Assembly (NCBI GenBank): GCA_031835245.2
Contig: JAVKOQ020000018.1
Location: forward strand, 124,001-188,000
Source: Balamuthia mandrillaris
Taxonomy: Eukaryota
Direction: 5' to 3'
Length of the DNA: 64,000 nt
Of the stretch, positions 63,296-64,000 are shown piece by piece; position 1 is the stretch's first letter; each line of letters begins with the position of its first letter. The position numbers and the translations under genes are program-made. A model generated the notes under the pieces. That model had not been told where the DNA came from. It saw nothing but the letters and a program-made list of their open reading frames with translations, and did not search any database.

Positions 63296-63940
63296 GCTCG
63301 CCACAGCAGTACACGGTTTTTTTTTATGGCCGCACGGGAATGTGTCGCCAAGAAGCGGTTGTTTGGGTTTCTCTTTCATGATTCTATTTCTCTTTTACTT
63401 GCACCTTTTTTTCAACCTTTGCTTGTACATATTCGCATGTCAAAAAGTTTTTTTTATGAATTGGCGGTTCTTCTCTGTTCTCCCTCTACAGATAATAACC
63501 AAACAAGGACCCATAGCAGAGGGCAGAAGCATGCCACGTCCCTGCCTTGCGCAGTACAAGCGTCCTACAGCAACGCCAGCTGCGTTTCTCGCAGTTCAGT
63601 TCAACCAAGTTTTTTATTGCCTTCCTGTTGGGCGTTTGAGGCCCAGCAATTCTAATACAATGGTAGAGGCCTCTTTGAGGAATCCCACACAACCTTACCC
63701 GACTTTCTGGGCAGGTATCAAAAAAAAAAACTTGTGTTTAGTTCGTTTTTGCGTCCCGGTATAAACTTGTTCTGTTCGGTTATTGTCTGCAACACTAACG
63801 AACAGTGTGGCAAGGTGTGGAGATGGAGGAGCTTGTTCTCCCATCAGGAGAATAAGGGATGGAGAGTTGATATCACCCACCGACTAAGAGCCTTATCGTA
63901 AATGCTTTTCATACAGTTTCTGCTCTGTTTCCGACATCCA

Positions 63941-64000
63941 AGCCCCATGGTGTAGTTGGTAACATGCGAGGTTCTGGTTCTCGCGCCCTCAGTTCGATTC
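63941..64000 (+). tRNA. tRNA-Gln (CTG), truncated by window end
   Basis: Identical to the first 60 nt of the tRNA at 52607-52678. Confidence 0.85.

Overview
Gene-dense, intron-rich eukaryotic DNA. Short GT-AG introns are filled with CT/GAA/GGA microsatellites, and the gene content suggests a free-living amoebozoan, Balamuthia/Acanthamoeba-like (inference). Main system: two inverted copies (808-3339 minus, 26539-28635 plus) of a non-autonomous TIR transposon carrying a Fanzor2/TnpB-family RNA-guided nuclease with an N-terminal C2H2 finger and a conserved structured 3' (omegaRNA) region. Copy 1 has a 10-bp TSD. The last 98 nt of the element look like a spliceosomal intron whose acceptor AG is completed by the first base of the target site. 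Splicing would remove the TIR and join the scaffold directly to a flank-derived guide (hypothesis); both insertion sites carry ACGG at the predicted TAM position. Second unusual region: 52.6-64 kb, with four divergent paralogues of an unannotated STAT/SH2-like gene, long conserved downstream RNA hairpins and two inverted tRNA-Gln(CTG) genes. Host genes: F-box/LRR, SDS22-like LRR, ADP-ribosylglycohydrolase, LURP-like, L-rhamnonate dehydratase, UPF0488, PLAC8, voltage-sensing phosphatase, mitochondrial carrier, ankyrin-Sec7-PH-lipase fusion, WDR12, intronless ZNFX1, triple-MIT protein, NCLDV-type ankyrin-like repeat, JMJD7, GT61 and an NDR kinase. All calls are by eye; exon boundaries are approximate.
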